DNA from: an uncultured Acidobacteriota bacterium
Lineage (GTDB): Bacteria > Acidobacteriota > Thermoanaerobaculia > Multivoradales > UBA5704
Reading direction: 5' to 3'
Assembly: GCA_963700145.1 (NCBI GenBank)
Contig: OY969474.1
Coordinates: 2,240,001-2,304,000, forward strand
Length of the DNA stretch: 64,000 nucleotides
Shown: piece by piece, positions 43,258 to 53,439 of the stretch
Position numbering within the stretch: the stretch's first letter is position 1
How the letters are laid out: the number at the start of each line of letters is the position of its first letter
Notes under the pieces: model-generated
The model's database searches: none
Seen by the model: only the letters and a program-made list of their open reading frames with translations
What the model was told of the DNA's origin: nothing
Made by a program: the position numbers and the translations under genes

Positions 43258-44874
43258 CTACGGATGCCGAGGATACATTGAACTATGGGAATCTGACAAA
43301 TCGCGCAGCCGGTGGAGCCGGGAAGCCAGCTCGGCGGGGGTGAGACCGAGGCGGTCGGCGCGCTCGCGGAGCGGGGCGAGGTCGACCGGGTGGAGGTTGT
43401 GCCGGGAGGGGTCGTCGAGCCCGACGAGGTCGTACGGAGCGAGGCGTGGCAGGAGCCAGGCGGCCAGGTCGGCGGGCCCGGCGGCGCGGCGGAGCGTGCC
43501 GCGCACGAGGGCGACGAGCCGCGGGTCGTCCGCCCCGAGGAAGCCTTCCCACGCCGCCGGGCGGCCGGTCTCCTCCTCGGGCAGCAGCCGCTGGCGCAGC
43601 TCGGCCGAGCTGGCGGCGGCGAAGTAGAGCAGCGCGACCGGCACGAAGCGCGCGAAGTCGCCGGCCGCGAGGTAAGCGGCGCGGGTGAGCCGGTCGGTGT
43701 GCCCGGCCTCCGCCGCCAGGAGGCGCGCGTAGCGGCGGAGGCCGGCGGCCGAGGGGACCCCGCCGCCCTCCTCGCACAGCCGCGCCAGGCGCTCGACGCC
43801 GAGGAGGCTCCAGGCGATGCCGGTCGAGAAGAGCGGGTCGAGGAAGGCGAAGGCGTGCGGCAGCAGTGCCCAGCCCGCGCCGGCGGCGCGCGCCAGGCGG
43901 TGCTGGACGCGCGGCGCGGCGACCAGCGGGCGCACTGGCCGGGCGTCCGCGAACTGCGCGGCGATCGCGGGGAAACGGTCGAGGAGGAGGCGCCACTGCC
44001 GCTCGGGCGGCAGGTCCGGCGGCAGCGGCGACGGCACGTCGTTGCGCAGCAGGAAGCCGGCGCTCGCCACGCCGTGATCGAAGGGGAGGACGTACATCCA
44101 GCCGCCGGCGAAGAGGTGGTGCACGGCGGCGCGGTCGTCTGGGTAGGGGCCGGCGGCCATCGCGGCGCCCTGCTCCACCGCCACCGCCGCGAAGTCGCGG
44201 ACGCCCGCGAAGTGCCCGCCGACGAGGCGCGAGTCGGTGTGCAGGAGGCGGGCGGCCGAGGCGACCGGCAGGTGGCGGGCGAGGAAGCCGCCCGGGCCGC
44301 TGGCGTCGGCGACGAAGCGCGCGGCGAGCGCGAAGCGGCGGCCGTCGCGGTGTCCGGCGAGCCGCGCGCCGTGTCCTGAGAGCGCCTTGCCGGCGCTGCC
44401 GATCTCGACGCCGTCGAGCTCCGTCTCCTCCCACAGCGCCACCCCCTCCGCCGCGGCGCGCCGGGCGAGGAAGGCGTCCACGTCGGCGCGCAGCCAGTGG
44501 CTGTCGGCGACCTCGTCGCGCGGGCTGGCGGCGACGAGGAGGCGCGCGTCGTTGTCGGGGCCGTTGGCGTACGGCGCGCCCTCGCGCTGGGCGTAGAAGG
44601 TGAAGCCGCGCTTCAGGCCCCGCCGCAGCTCGGGGAAGGCGCGCAGCCAGCGGCCGTAGGCGGCGAGCGCGTGGAGGTCCGGCAGGTCGTAGCGGCGGGC
44701 CAGCCGCTCGAGCGCCAGGTTGGCAAGCGGCGTCGTGGACTCGCCGAGCGCGAAGCGCGGGTGGCGGCCGCGCTCGATGAGCACCACGCGGTGGCCCAGG
44801 CGGGCGAGGACGCGGGCCAGGATCGAGCCGGCGAAGCCCGAGCCGACGACCGCGACGTCGCAGCGCTCGCTCAT
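43258..44874 (-). CDS. FAD-dependent oxidoreductase, halogenase-like
   Basis: GSGFAGS, PRFALGEST, DASG, GWMYVLP, FLDPLFSTG; ATG at 44874. Confidence 0.85.
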   Translation of the reverse strand: MSERCDVAVVGSGFAGSILARVLARLGHRVVLIERGRHPRFALGESTTPLANLALERLARRYDLPDLHALAAYGRWLRAFPELRRGLKRGFTFYAQREGAPYANGPDNDARLLVAASPRDEVADSHWLRADVDAFLARRAAAEGVALWEETELDGVEIGSAGKALSGHGARLAGHRDGRRFALAARFVADASGPGGFLARHLPVASAARLLHTDSRLVGGHFAGVRDFAAVAVEQGAAMAAGPYPDDRAAVHHLFAGGWMYVLPFDHGVASAGFLLRNDVPSPLPPDLPPERQWRLLLDRFPAIAAQFADARPVRPLVAAPRVQHRLARAAGAGWALLPHAFAFLDPLFSTGIAWSLLGVERLARLCEEGGGVPSAAGLRRYARLLAAEAGHTDRLTRAAYLAAGDFARFVPVALLYFAAASSAELRQRLLPEEETGRPAAWEGFLGADDPRLVALVRGTLRRAAGPADLAAWLLPRLAPYDLVGLDDPSRHNLHPVDLAPLRERADRLGLTPAELASRLHRLRDLSDSHSSMYPRHP

Positions 44875-45836
44875 GCCGCGCCGCAGGCGGCGCAGGCGAC
44901 CCGCGGCTCGGCGGCGCCGCCGCGGTTGATCCGCCCGAGGCGCGCCAGGCGCGACGCGGCGCAGGCCGGGCAGGCGGCGAGCCGCTCGACGTCCCAGAGG
45001 TCGGCCGCGACGATCCCCGGCAGCGGCAGCGCGGCGTCGAGCGCGGCCTCCAAGTCGGCGAGAGCCGGCGGCATCCACTCGCCGGCGGCGCGCAGCCGCT
45101 CCAGCTCGCCGTTGCCGCCGCGCACCGGGATGAGCGCCGCCCGCTCGGCGCCGAGCGCGAAAGCGTGGCGCACCGACTCGACGGCCCAGGCCGCCGCCTC
45201 GGCGGCGGGCACGAACGGCGCGCCGACCAGGACGAAGGCGCGCCAGGGCAGGCCGGCGGCGGCGAGGAAGTCGGCGGCGCGCGCCAGGTCGTCGAGGGTC
45301 GCCCGCTTGTTGAGCCGCGCCAGCGCCGCCGGGTGCACGGTCTCGACCCCCATCGCCACCTCCAGCGTGCCGGCGAGGCGCGCGGCGAAGGCGAGGCAGC
45401 GCGCGCCGACCAGTCGCGGGTGGCACTCGACGACGACGCGGGCGAAGGGCGCCGCGAGGGCGGCGATCGCGGCGTCGTCCTCGGGCGGCACGGCGCGCGG
45501 GTCGAAGAAGTTGCTGGCGTTGTAGAGCTTGAGGCGGGCCGGGAGCGGCTCGGCGAGGCCGGCGAGGGCGCGCCGGAGCTGCGCCGGCACCGCGCCGCGC
45601 GGCGTCGGGCCGTCGAGGGTCGAGCGCCAGAGGTCGCAGAAGACGCAGGTGAACGGGCACTCGGCGCCGGCGAGGAAGACGGTCAGCGCGCTCTCGCCGC
45701 GGCCGTCCGCGGTCCGCTCCTCCTCGACGAGCGCGCCGAGCGGGTGCCAGGGATCCACGGCCGCCTTCGCCGGCCGCAACGCGCGGATGCGGCGGTCCTC
45801 GGCGCGCGGCGTCGGCGCCGCGGCGGTTGCCGCCAC
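44871..45836 (-). CDS. radical SAM protein (resembles the archaeal RaSEA type)
   Basis: CPFTCVFC, LKLYNASNFFD, VECHP, EVAMGVET; two C-terminal CxxC. Confidence 0.85.
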   Translation of the reverse strand: MAATAAAPTPRAEDRRIRALRPAKAAVDPWHPLGALVEEERTADGRGESALTVFLAGAECPFTCVFCDLWRSTLDGPTPRGAVPAQLRRALAGLAEPLPARLKLYNASNFFDPRAVPPEDDAAIAALAAPFARVVVECHPRLVGARCLAFAARLAGTLEVAMGVETVHPAALARLNKRATLDDLARAADFLAAAGLPWRAFVLVGAPFVPAAEAAAWAVESVRHAFALGAERAALIPVRGGNGELERLRAAGEWMPPALADLEAALDAALPLPGIVAADLWDVERLAACPACAASRLARLGRINRGGAAEPRVACAACGAA

Positions 45837-45839
45837 CCT

Positions 45840-47168
45840 CTACCCTCGCGCGTGCAGGCCGAAGAAGTGCGCGCGGTAGCGCTCGGCCGGGAGCGCGAAC
45901 CGCTCGCGCAGGGTCGCGGCCGGCGCGGCGCCGTGCTGGAAACGGCGCTTGGGGAAGACGGGCAGCTCGCAGCCGGCGACGGCGCGCACGCCGCGCGCCA
46001 GCACCTCGCCCTTCAAGGCGTAGAGCGCCGCGTGCGAGCCCGCGGTGAGCGCGTCGAAGGGGATCGCCTCGGCGGCCTCGACGACCGCCGGCCGCGTGTA
46101 CGGGCTGAAGGGCACGAAGCCGTGGCGGCGCGCCGGCGCCCAGCCGCGCACGCAGCCGCGCGACAGGCCGCCGCTGTAGGTCAGCGAGTGCTTGATCGCC
46201 TCCACCCCCCAGCCTTCCTGGTAGAGCATCGAGTTGCCGACGACGCTGCGGATCGTCAGCTCGCGGTTCTCCTCGATCGGGTAGTCCTTGAGGTTCTCGT
46301 CGCCGCCGTCGCCGTCCACGAGGTAGCGCCACTCGGGGTAGCGCGCGCGGATGCCGGCCATCAGCGCCAGGTTCATCGCCGCGCACTCGACGTCGAGCGG
46401 CTTGTAGTCCTCGATGACCGCGACGGCGACCAGCGCGTCGATCTCCTCGGCCCGCGCCGCGACCGCCTCGCCGAGCATCTCGAGCCCGGTGCGGCGCAGG
46501 AACTCGCGCGCCTGCTCGAGGTCGGGGCCGCCGCCGTCCACCGCCAGGGTGAAGGCCTTGAGCCGCGCCGGGCTCTGGCCGAGATCGAGGAGGACGCGGT
46601 GGAGCGTGAGGAGGACGCCGCCGCTGTCGAGGCCGCCCGAGAAGAGGACGCCGAGCGGCTCGCGCGGCGGCAGCGCCGAGACCCACTGCCGCAGCTCCTC
46701 GTAGAGGCGGCCGACGTAGAGCGTGCCGATGGCGTCGAGGTCGGGCGGCAGGGTGCCGCGCTCGGGCGCGAAGAAGCGGCGGTAGGTGGGGTTGGGGTCG
46801 GGGCAGCCGACCAGGCGCAGCGTCGTCACGTGGTGCGCCGGCGCCATCCGCGTGTAGCTGGGGTGAAACTGGTCGCCGTGTCCTTCGGCTTCGAGGCAGC
46901 GGCGGATCTCGTCGATCCGCTCGGCGACGACGAGCATCGGCCCATCGGTTTCCTTGGCCAGGAAGTAGCGCAGCGGGCGGTCGAGGCTGCGGGCGAGATA
47001 GACGCGGTCGCCCTCGCGCGCCGCCAGCGCGAAGGAGCCGCGGATGCCGAGCGCCTCCCGCGGGTCGGCGGCGAGGAGGCGCCGCTCGGCCTCGGCGCGG
47101 TCCAGGCCGAGGAGGAGCTGGGACGCGGGATCGACGAGGTCGAGGACGCGGGCGATGGCGACGGGCAT
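45840..47168 (-). CDS. asparagine synthase-related ATP-dependent ligase
   Basis: FSGGLDSG PP-loop, DGDGGDE, K...R...PKRRFQHG; lacks the Ntn N-terminal Cys. Confidence 0.8.
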   Translation of the reverse strand: MPVAIARVLDLVDPASQLLLGLDRAEAERRLLAADPREALGIRGSFALAAREGDRVYLARSLDRPLRYFLAKETDGPMLVVAERIDEIRRCLEAEGHGDQFHPSYTRMAPAHHVTTLRLVGCPDPNPTYRRFFAPERGTLPPDLDAIGTLYVGRLYEELRQWVSALPPREPLGVLFSGGLDSGGVLLTLHRVLLDLGQSPARLKAFTLAVDGGGPDLEQAREFLRRTGLEMLGEAVAARAEEIDALVAVAVIEDYKPLDVECAAMNLALMAGIRARYPEWRYLVDGDGGDENLKDYPIEENRELTIRSVVGNSMLYQEGWGVEAIKHSLTYSGGLSRGCVRGWAPARRHGFVPFSPYTRPAVVEAAEAIPFDALTAGSHAALYALKGEVLARGVRAVAGCELPVFPKRRFQHGAAPAATLRERFALPAERYRAHFFGLHARG

Positions 47169-47180
47169 GGCGGCTCTCTC

Positions 47181-48419
47181 CTATTCGTAGCGCAGCGCCG
47201 CCGAGGGATCGACGCGGGCGGCGCGCCAGGCGGGGGCAAGGCAGGCAACCAAAGTGACGGCGAGCGCGAAGGCGACGATCGCAGCCAGGTCCACCGGCCG
47301 CACCCGGAACGGCACCGAGCGGATGAAGTAGATCGCCGCCACCTCGGCGTCGAAGCGGATCAGCTCGAAGCGGGTGAGCACCCAGGAGGCGCCGGCGCCG
47401 GCGGCGACGCCCAGGAGCGTCCCCACCGCCCCGAGCACCCCGCCGTAGGCGAGGAACACGCTGCGCAGGCTGGCCGGCGGCAGGCCGAGCGCCGCGAGGA
47501 CGCCCAGGTCGCGCATCCGCTCGCGCACCAGCACCACCAGCGTCGAGGCGACGTTGAAGGTCGAGACCAGGACGATCAGCCCGAGCACCAGGAAGAGCGC
47601 GATCTGCTGCAGCTTCAACGCCGCGAAGAGCTCGCGGTTGAACTGCTGCCAGTCGGAGACCAGGAAGCCGCTGCCGAGGAGGCGCGCGGCGGCCTCGCCG
47701 ATGCGCGGCGCCTCCTGCGGGTCCTCGACGGTGAACTCCAGCAGGTCGCTCGCCCCTTCCGCGCCCATCAGCCGCTCGACGAGCGGCCGCTCGAGCACCA
47801 CCCAGGAGCGGTCGAACTCGGCGAAGCCGGTCGAGAAGGTGCCGGTGACGCGCAGGCTCTGGTAGTGGAAGCGCGGCCGCCCCTCCTCGAAGCCGAGGGC
47901 GACGAGGCGGAGGACGGCGCCGGGCGCGACGCCGAGCTTCTTCGCCAGGTCGGCGCCGAGCACCGCGCCGGGGATGCCGTCGGCGCCCGGCCGGAGCTGC
48001 TCGGGGCGGGCGGCGAGCTGGCCGCCGCCGGGATCGACGCCGCGCAGCACCACCTCGACGCCGTCGGGCGCGGCGCCGCCGGCCAGCGACCCCTGGCCGT
48101 AGGCGACGCGCCCGACCTTGAGCACTCCGGGGATCGCCTCCAGTGCTTCCAGCCGGTGCGGCGGGACCCCATCCGCCTCCGCCAGCAGCGGGTAGGCCAC
48201 GACGGCGGCGTTGCCGCCGATCAGCTTCCCCTGGAGGTCTTCGCGGTAGCCGGTCATGAGCGCCATGGCGATGACCATGGCGGTGACGCCGAGCGCGGTG
48301 GCGAGGAGAGCGGCGCGGGCGGTGCCGTCGAGGAGGCGGCTGCGCGGCCCGCGCAGGAACCGCCAGGCGATCGTCCAGGCGAGCGGGGCGCGGGAAGGGC
48401 GGGCGCCGGCGCGGCTCAC
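47181..48419 (-). CDS. LolC/E-type ABC permease
   Basis: LGVTAMVIAMALMTG, FNVASTL..LVRER, PAWRAARVDPSAALRYE. Confidence 0.88.
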   Translation of the reverse strand: MSRAGARPSRAPLAWTIAWRFLRGPRSRLLDGTARAALLATALGVTAMVIAMALMTGYREDLQGKLIGGNAAVVAYPLLAEADGVPPHRLEALEAIPGVLKVGRVAYGQGSLAGGAAPDGVEVVLRGVDPGGGQLAARPEQLRPGADGIPGAVLGADLAKKLGVAPGAVLRLVALGFEEGRPRFHYQSLRVTGTFSTGFAEFDRSWVVLERPLVERLMGAEGASDLLEFTVEDPQEAPRIGEAAARLLGSGFLVSDWQQFNRELFAALKLQQIALFLVLGLIVLVSTFNVASTLVVLVRERMRDLGVLAALGLPPASLRSVFLAYGGVLGAVGTLLGVAAGAGASWVLTRFELIRFDAEVAAIYFIRSVPFRVRPVDLAAIVAFALAVTLVACLAPAWRAARVDPSAALRYE

Positions 48420-49522
48420 CAGCGGTCCGGCAGGAGGTCCAGGAAGCGGTCGAAGACGCCGGCCGCGTCGTGCGGCCCGGGCGCCGCCTCCGGGTGGTAC
48501 TGCACCGAGACGATCGGCCGGCCCTCGGCGGCGAAGCCCTCGACGGTGCCGTCGTTGAGGTTCACCTCGGTCACCCGGCAGCCGGCGGGGAGCGAGTCGG
48601 GGCGGACGGCGAAGCCGTGGTTCTGGCTGGTGATCACCACCCGGCCGCTCGGCAGCTGGTGCACGGGCTGGTTGCCGCCGTGGTGGCCGAACTTGAGCTT
48701 GAACGTCGAGCCGCCCAAGGCGAGGCCGAGGAGCTGGTGGCCGAGGCAGATGCCGAGGATGGGGACCTCGTGCGCCACGAGCTCCTTCACCGCGGCGATG
48801 GCGGTGGTGAGCGGCTCGGGGTCGCCGGGGCCGTTCGAGAGCACCACGCCGTCCACTTCCAACTCGCGGCAGCGCGCGGCCGGCGTGCGCGCCGGCAGGA
48901 CGTGCAGGCGGGCGCCGCGCGCGGCGAGCGAGCGCAGGATGTTCTGCTTGACGCCGAAGTCGTAGACCGCCAGGCGCCAGCGCTCCTCGCCGTCGGGCGC
49001 CAGCTCCCACTCTGCTGCGCAGGTCACCTCGTCGACCAGCGCCCGGCCGGTCATCGGCGGGAAGTCGGCGAGCTCGGCCTGGAGGGCGGCGGCGTCCGAG
49101 CGCTCGGTCGTCAGCACGCCGCGCAGCGCGCCGCGGTCGCGCAGGCGGCGCACGACGGCGCGGGTGTCGAGCCCTTCGACGGCCGGCACGTCGAAGCGGC
49201 GGAGGTAGGCCGGAAGGCCCTCGTCGGGGCCGTGCTCGGAACGATCGGCGGGCTCGCGGGTGAAGCGGCGCGCCACGAACCCCTCGACCCACGGGCGGGC
49301 CGACTCGACGGCGGTATCGGAAACGCCGTAGTTGCCGATGTGCGGCTGGGTCATGACGACGATCTGGCCGCGGTAGGAGGGGTCGGTGAGGACCTCCTGG
49401 TAGCCGGTCATCGAGGTGTTGAAGACCACCTCGCCGAAACGGGTGCCCGGGGAGACGGCCTCCCCCTCGAAGACGCTGCCGTCCTCGAGGACGAGGAGGC
49501 CGGGCGTGGGGGTTAACTGCAT
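48416..49522 (-). CDS. carA: carbamoyl-phosphate synthase small subunit
   Basis: GEVVFNTSMTGYQE, SNGPGDP, GICLGHQ, QYHPEAAPGPHD. Confidence 0.97.
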   Translation of the reverse strand: MQLTPTPGLLVLEDGSVFEGEAVSPGTRFGEVVFNTSMTGYQEVLTDPSYRGQIVVMTQPHIGNYGVSDTAVESARPWVEGFVARRFTREPADRSEHGPDEGLPAYLRRFDVPAVEGLDTRAVVRRLRDRGALRGVLTTERSDAAALQAELADFPPMTGRALVDEVTCAAEWELAPDGEERWRLAVYDFGVKQNILRSLAARGARLHVLPARTPAARCRELEVDGVVLSNGPGDPEPLTTAIAAVKELVAHEVPILGICLGHQLLGLALGGSTFKLKFGHHGGNQPVHQLPSGRVVITSQNHGFAVRPDSLPAGCRVTEVNLNDGTVEGFAAEGRPIVSVQYHPEAAPGPHDAAGVFDRFLDLLPDRW

Positions 49523-49531
49523 AGGTGGGGC

Positions 49532-49692
49532 GGAGGCGCCGGGGTGCTCCGGCCGGGAACCGGCGCGAGCGTCAAGGCCTGCTCGATCCGAGGCTCGCGC
49601 CTGCGCTTCGCTGCGCGCCGGACCGGTCTCACCTGCCGCGTTCTTGCCGGCGCTTGCTCAGAGCTTCCCGGCCGGAGCACCCCGGCGCCTCC
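49532..49692. mobile_element. 161-bp MITE/REPIN-like element with perfect 28-bp terminal inverted repeats
   Basis: GGAGGCGCCGGGGTGCTCCGGCCGGGAA (49532-49559) is the exact reverse complement of 49665-49692. Confidence 0.6.
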
Positions 49693-49699
49693 TAGTACC

Positions 49700-50731
49700 T
49701 TAATGAGCGGCGAGGGCCTGAATGCGGCGGTTGACGACGGGGGCGAGGGCGCGCACCTGTTCCATCAGCTCCTCGAGCTGCTCGGGGAGGATCGCCTGGT
49801 TGCCGTCGGAGAGGGCCTCGGCCGGGCGGTCGTGGACTTCGACGATCAGGCCGTCCGCCCCGACCGCCACGGCGGCGCGCGACAGCGGCAGGACCTTCTG
49901 CGCCGAGCCGGCGGCGTGGCTGGGGTCGGCGATGATCGGCAGGTGGCTGATGCGCTTGACGGCGCAGATCGCCGCCACGTCGAGCGTGTTGCGGCTGTGG
50001 TCGGCGAAGGTGCGGATGCCGCGCTCGCAGAGGATGACGTCGGGGTTGCCTTGGTCGAGGATGTACTCGGCGGCCAGCAGCAGCTCGGTCACCGTCGCCG
50101 TCATGCCGCGCTTGAGCAGCACCGGCCGGCCGCAGCGGCCGGCGTGCTTGAGGAGGGTGTAGTTCTGCATGTTGCGGGCGCCGATCTGGACGATGTCGGC
50201 GTGCTCGGCGACGGCGGGCAGGACGTCGATGTCGGTCGCCTCGCTGACCACCGGCAGACCGGTCTCCTCGCGCACGCGGGCGAGGATGCGCAGCCCCTCG
50301 ACGCCGAGGCCCTGGAAGGCGTAGGGGCTGGTGCGCGGCTTGTAGGCGCCGCCGCGCAGGACGTGCGCGCCGGCGGCCTTCACGCGGCGGGCGATGCGCA
50401 GCGTCTGCTCGTGGCTCTCGACCGAGCAGGGGCCGGCCATGACCACCAGTTCGGGGCCGCCGATGGCGGCGCCGCCGACCTGGACGACCGTGTCGTCCGG
50501 GCGGAACTCGCGCGACACCAGCTTGTAGGGGTGGCTGACCTGGATGACTTCGAGGACGCCGGGGAAGGCGTCGAAGACGCCGCGGTCGAGCGCCCCGACG
50601 TTGCCGGTGATGCCCACTGCCGTCCGCTGGGCGCCGGCGATCGGGTGCGCCTTGAGCCCCCGGCGCTCGACCTGCCGCACGACCGCGTCGATCTCGGCGG
50701 CCGTGGCGTCCATCTTCATCACGATCAGCAT
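49700..50731 (-). CDS. aroF: DAHP synthase type I-beta with N-terminal regulatory domain
   Basis: AGPCSVES, RGGAYKPRTSPY, QIGARNMQN, CERGIRTF, DPSH. Confidence 0.93.
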   Translation of the reverse strand: MLIVMKMDATAAEIDAVVRQVERRGLKAHPIAGAQRTAVGITGNVGALDRGVFDAFPGVLEVIQVSHPYKLVSREFRPDDTVVQVGGAAIGGPELVVMAGPCSVESHEQTLRIARRVKAAGAHVLRGGAYKPRTSPYAFQGLGVEGLRILARVREETGLPVVSEATDIDVLPAVAEHADIVQIGARNMQNYTLLKHAGRCGRPVLLKRGMTATVTELLLAAEYILDQGNPDVILCERGIRTFADHSRNTLDVAAICAVKRISHLPIIADPSHAAGSAQKVLPLSRAAVAVGADGLIVEVHDRPAEALSDGNQAILPEQLEELMEQVRALAPVVNRRIQALAAH

Positions 50732-50820
50732 TGACAGCCTCTTGACGAAGAAGGCCCCTACGCGGGGCCTGTCGGACGGGTATCATAGCCGAACTGCCGG
50801 CCTCGCCGAGGAGCTTCCCC

Positions 50821-51600
50821 ATGCCGCACCGCCGTGCCGCCGTTCTCGCCGCCGCCCTGCTGCTCGCCTTCGCGGCGACCGCCCAGGCCGCTTACACCAT
50901 CTACCTCAAGGACGGCTCGCGCCTGGTGGCGCAGAAGAAGTACGTGGTCGTCGGGGAACGGGCGGTCTTCACCGCCGAGAACGGCACCCGCAGCTTCGTC
51001 GCGGCCGCGGAGATCGACGTCGCGCGGACGGAGGAGGCGAACCGGCAGGGCTACGGCAACGCCCAGGTGCTGCCCGACGAGGTCATCGAGGCGCCGGCGT
51101 CGCCGCCCAAGCGGCGGACCTCGCTGACCGACCTGGCGAAGCGGACCGCGCCGGCAGCCCCGGGTGCCCCGACCGCCCGGCGCGAGGCTGCGCGGCCGGA
51201 GGTCGCCTCGCCCAAGACCGGCACCGGCGCGGTCGATTTCATGGCCCGCGAACGGCGGCCGTACCCGAACCTGGAGGTCGCCTCCGAGCTGCTCGAGCTC
51301 TACCGCGGCCAGGGTGTGGAGGAGGTGCAGCTCTTCGCCGGCACCCGCGCCGACCGGCCGCTGGTCGAGATCACCACCGCCTCCGAGGCCTCGGTCCTCC
51401 AGGCCCTGACCGCCAGCGCCGACGCCCTCCTCCAGCTCCGCCGGCGCCACCCCGGCAAGGTCGCCGCCCTCGAGCTCCTGATGGCCACCCCCGCCCGCGA
51501 GCGGGCCGGGCAGTTCGTGCTGACGCCGGACCTGGCGGAGGAGCTGGCGGCGAAGAGGGTCGAGGTGACGGCGTTCTTCGTGCGCAACGTGCAGTTCTGA
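50821..51600 (+). CDS. secreted hypothetical protein
   Basis: Signal peptide (AQA); IYLKDGS beta motif; GAGGAG RBS. Confidence 0.75.
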   Translation: MPHRRAAVLAAALLLAFAATAQAAYTIYLKDGSRLVAQKKYVVVGERAVFTAENGTRSFVAAAEIDVARTEEANRQGYGNAQVLPDEVIEAPASPPKRRTSLTDLAKRTAPAAPGAPTARREAARPEVASPKTGTGAVDFMARERRPYPNLEVASELLELYRGQGVEEVQLFAGTRADRPLVEITTASEASVLQALTASADALLQLRRRHPGKVAALELLMATPARERAGQFVLTPDLAEELAAKRVEVTAFFVRNVQF

Positions 51601-51615
51601 GGCGGCGGCGCCCTC

Positions 51616-52665
51616 TCAGTTCAGCCCCGCCTCGTACTCCCACGCCGTCTCCCCCACCGTCCCCTCGGCGAAGCGGACGTCCACGTACTCCGCGAACTCG
51701 ATCGGGCGGTCGAGGGTGCCGGCTTCGAGCATCAGGTCGCGGACGAGGTCGAAGTCCTGCTTGCGCGGCGAGAGGCGAGTGTAGACGACGCGCTCGAGGT
51801 CTCGGGTCAGCGCCCAGCGCAGCAGCTCCGGCGGCTGGTTGAAGTAGTAGCGGCCGACGAAGTCGGCGGCGTGCTCGCGGTGCGGGCGGCCCGCGTCGAG
51901 CCAGAGGCCGGAGCGGGCGATGCCGTCGACCAGGGTCTGCACCGCGGCGGGGCGGTTGTCGATGGCGTCCTGCCGCACCACCAGGACGCAGGACATGTAG
52001 TCCGGCCAGTAGCGGCGCGCCGGGAAGAGGACGCGCCCGAAGCCCATCATCTCGCTCTGCGACGGGAAGGGCTCGCCCATCGAGAAGGCGTCGACGGCGC
52101 CGGCGGCGAGCGCCCCGGCGACGTCGGGGGGCGCCATCTCGAGGAAGCGCACGTCCTCGGCGTCGAGCCCCTCGATCTTCAACGCCCGGCGAATGATCAG
52201 GTACTCGTCGGAGAAGCGGCTGGGGATCGCCACCGTCCTCCCCACCAGGTCGCGCACGCTCCGCACCGGGCCGTCCTTCTGCACCACGACGGCGCTGCCG
52301 TAGCGGTGGCCCAGGTAGACGATCTTGATCGGCACGCCCTGCGCCCGCAGGGCCATCGCCATCGGTGCGACCATGAAGCCCGCCTGCATCCGGTTCCCGA
52401 TCAGCGCTTCCTTGATCTCCGGGAACCCCTGGAACTTCCTGGGGATGAAGCTGTTCTCCCCCAGGGAGTGACGGGCGATGTAGTCCGTCACCGGGCAGGT
52501 GAGGTGTCAGGTGACGGGGATGTAGGCGACGTAGAACTTGCGCTTGTCGAGCGGCTGGCGGTCGTTGAGCGCCACCGACCAGTCGACGTTGAGCGCCAGG
52601 TGCGCGCCGGTCACCAGCGCGGCCCAGCCGGCCACCGCCGCGAAGATCCTCTTGCCGGTCGCCAT
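51616..52665 (-). CDS. ABC substrate-binding protein (NitT/TauT type) with in-frame TGA at codon 53, probable selenoprotein
   Basis: ATG at 52665, then TM/signal region, then YIPVT-TGA-HLTCPVTDY in frame with the 51616-52491 ORF. Confidence 0.8.
52468..52491 (-). promoter_or_regulatory. candidate bacterial SECIS hairpin
   Basis: GTGACGG-N10-CCGTCAC beginning 16 nt after the UGA. Confidence 0.45.
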
Positions 52666-52677
52666 CGCGTCACCCCC

Positions 52678-53439
52678 TCAATCGGCGCGGAAGCCCCAGC
52701 GCACCGCCGGCAGCCGCTCGACGCGGCGGGCCAGGAGGTCGAGCGTCAACCCGATCGCCCCGATCACCGCCATCGCCGCCACCACCAGGTCGTAGCGCTT
52801 GCCGGCGTTGCGGGCGTCGATCACCAGGTACCCGAGCCCCGACTCGATGCCGCTCATCTCCGCCGCCACCACCACCAGCCAGGCGACGCCGAGGGCGATG
52901 CGCAGCCCGACCAGCACCTGCGGCAGGGCGGCGGGGAAGACGACGCGGGCCAGGACAGCCGGCGGCGAGAGGCCGAAGTTGCGGCCGGCCAGGAGCACCA
53001 TCGGCGGCAGGCTGCGGACGCCGTTCATCGTCGCCACGGCGATCGGGAAGAGGGCGGCGAGGAAGATCAGGAAGACCGCCGCGCCGTCGCCGACCTTGAA
53101 GAGCACGATCGCCACCGGGATCCAGGCGATCGGGCTGATCGGCCGCAGCACCTGGACGACCGGGTTGAGCGCCCGCGCCGCGCCGGCGCTCCATCCCATG
53201 AGCATGCCCAGCGGGACGCCGACGACGAGGGCCAAGAGATACCCCGAGCCGACGCGCAGGAGCGACCGCGCGACCGCCGGCGCCAGGACGCCGTTGCGCG
53301 CCAGCTCGGCGAGCGCCGCGACGACGTCGCCCGGCGCCGGGAAGACCGTGGCGCCGCTCCAGCGCACGGCGAGTTGCCAGAGGGCGACGAGCGCCGCCGC
53401 CGTCGCGAGGGGCAGGAGGAGCGCCGCCGGCCGCCTCAT
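52678..53439 (-). CDS. ABC permease (TauC/SsuC type)
   Basis: LRPISPIAWIP, WLVVVAAEM, GLGYL. Confidence 0.9.
   Translation of the reverse strand: MRRPAALLLPLATAAALVALWQLAVRWSGATVFPAPGDVVAALAELARNGVLAPAVARSLLRVGSGYLLALVVGVPLGMLMGWSAGAARALNPVVQVLRPISPIAWIPVAIVLFKVGDGAAVFLIFLAALFPIAVATMNGVRSLPPMVLLAGRNFGLSPPAVLARVVFPAALPQVLVGLRIALGVAWLVVVAAEMSGIESGLGYLVIDARNAGKRYDLVVAAMAVIGAIGLTLDLLARRVERLPAVRWGFRAD

Noticed and set aside
43083-43258. Fluoride riboswitch before ClC
   Set aside because: The consensus is not seen, and the channel has GREGP rather than the GREGT of fluoride-type ClCs.
43258-47168. Radical SAM/halogenase operon as maturases for the 16-kb peptides
   Set aside because: More than 20 kb away, no RRE or SPASM domain evident, and no linkage evidence.
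43258-48965. 1142-aa and 1266-aa ORFs, and similar Arg/Ala/Pro-rich long ORFs throughout the window
   Set aside because: Off-frame or antisense shadows of real genes in GC-rich DNA.
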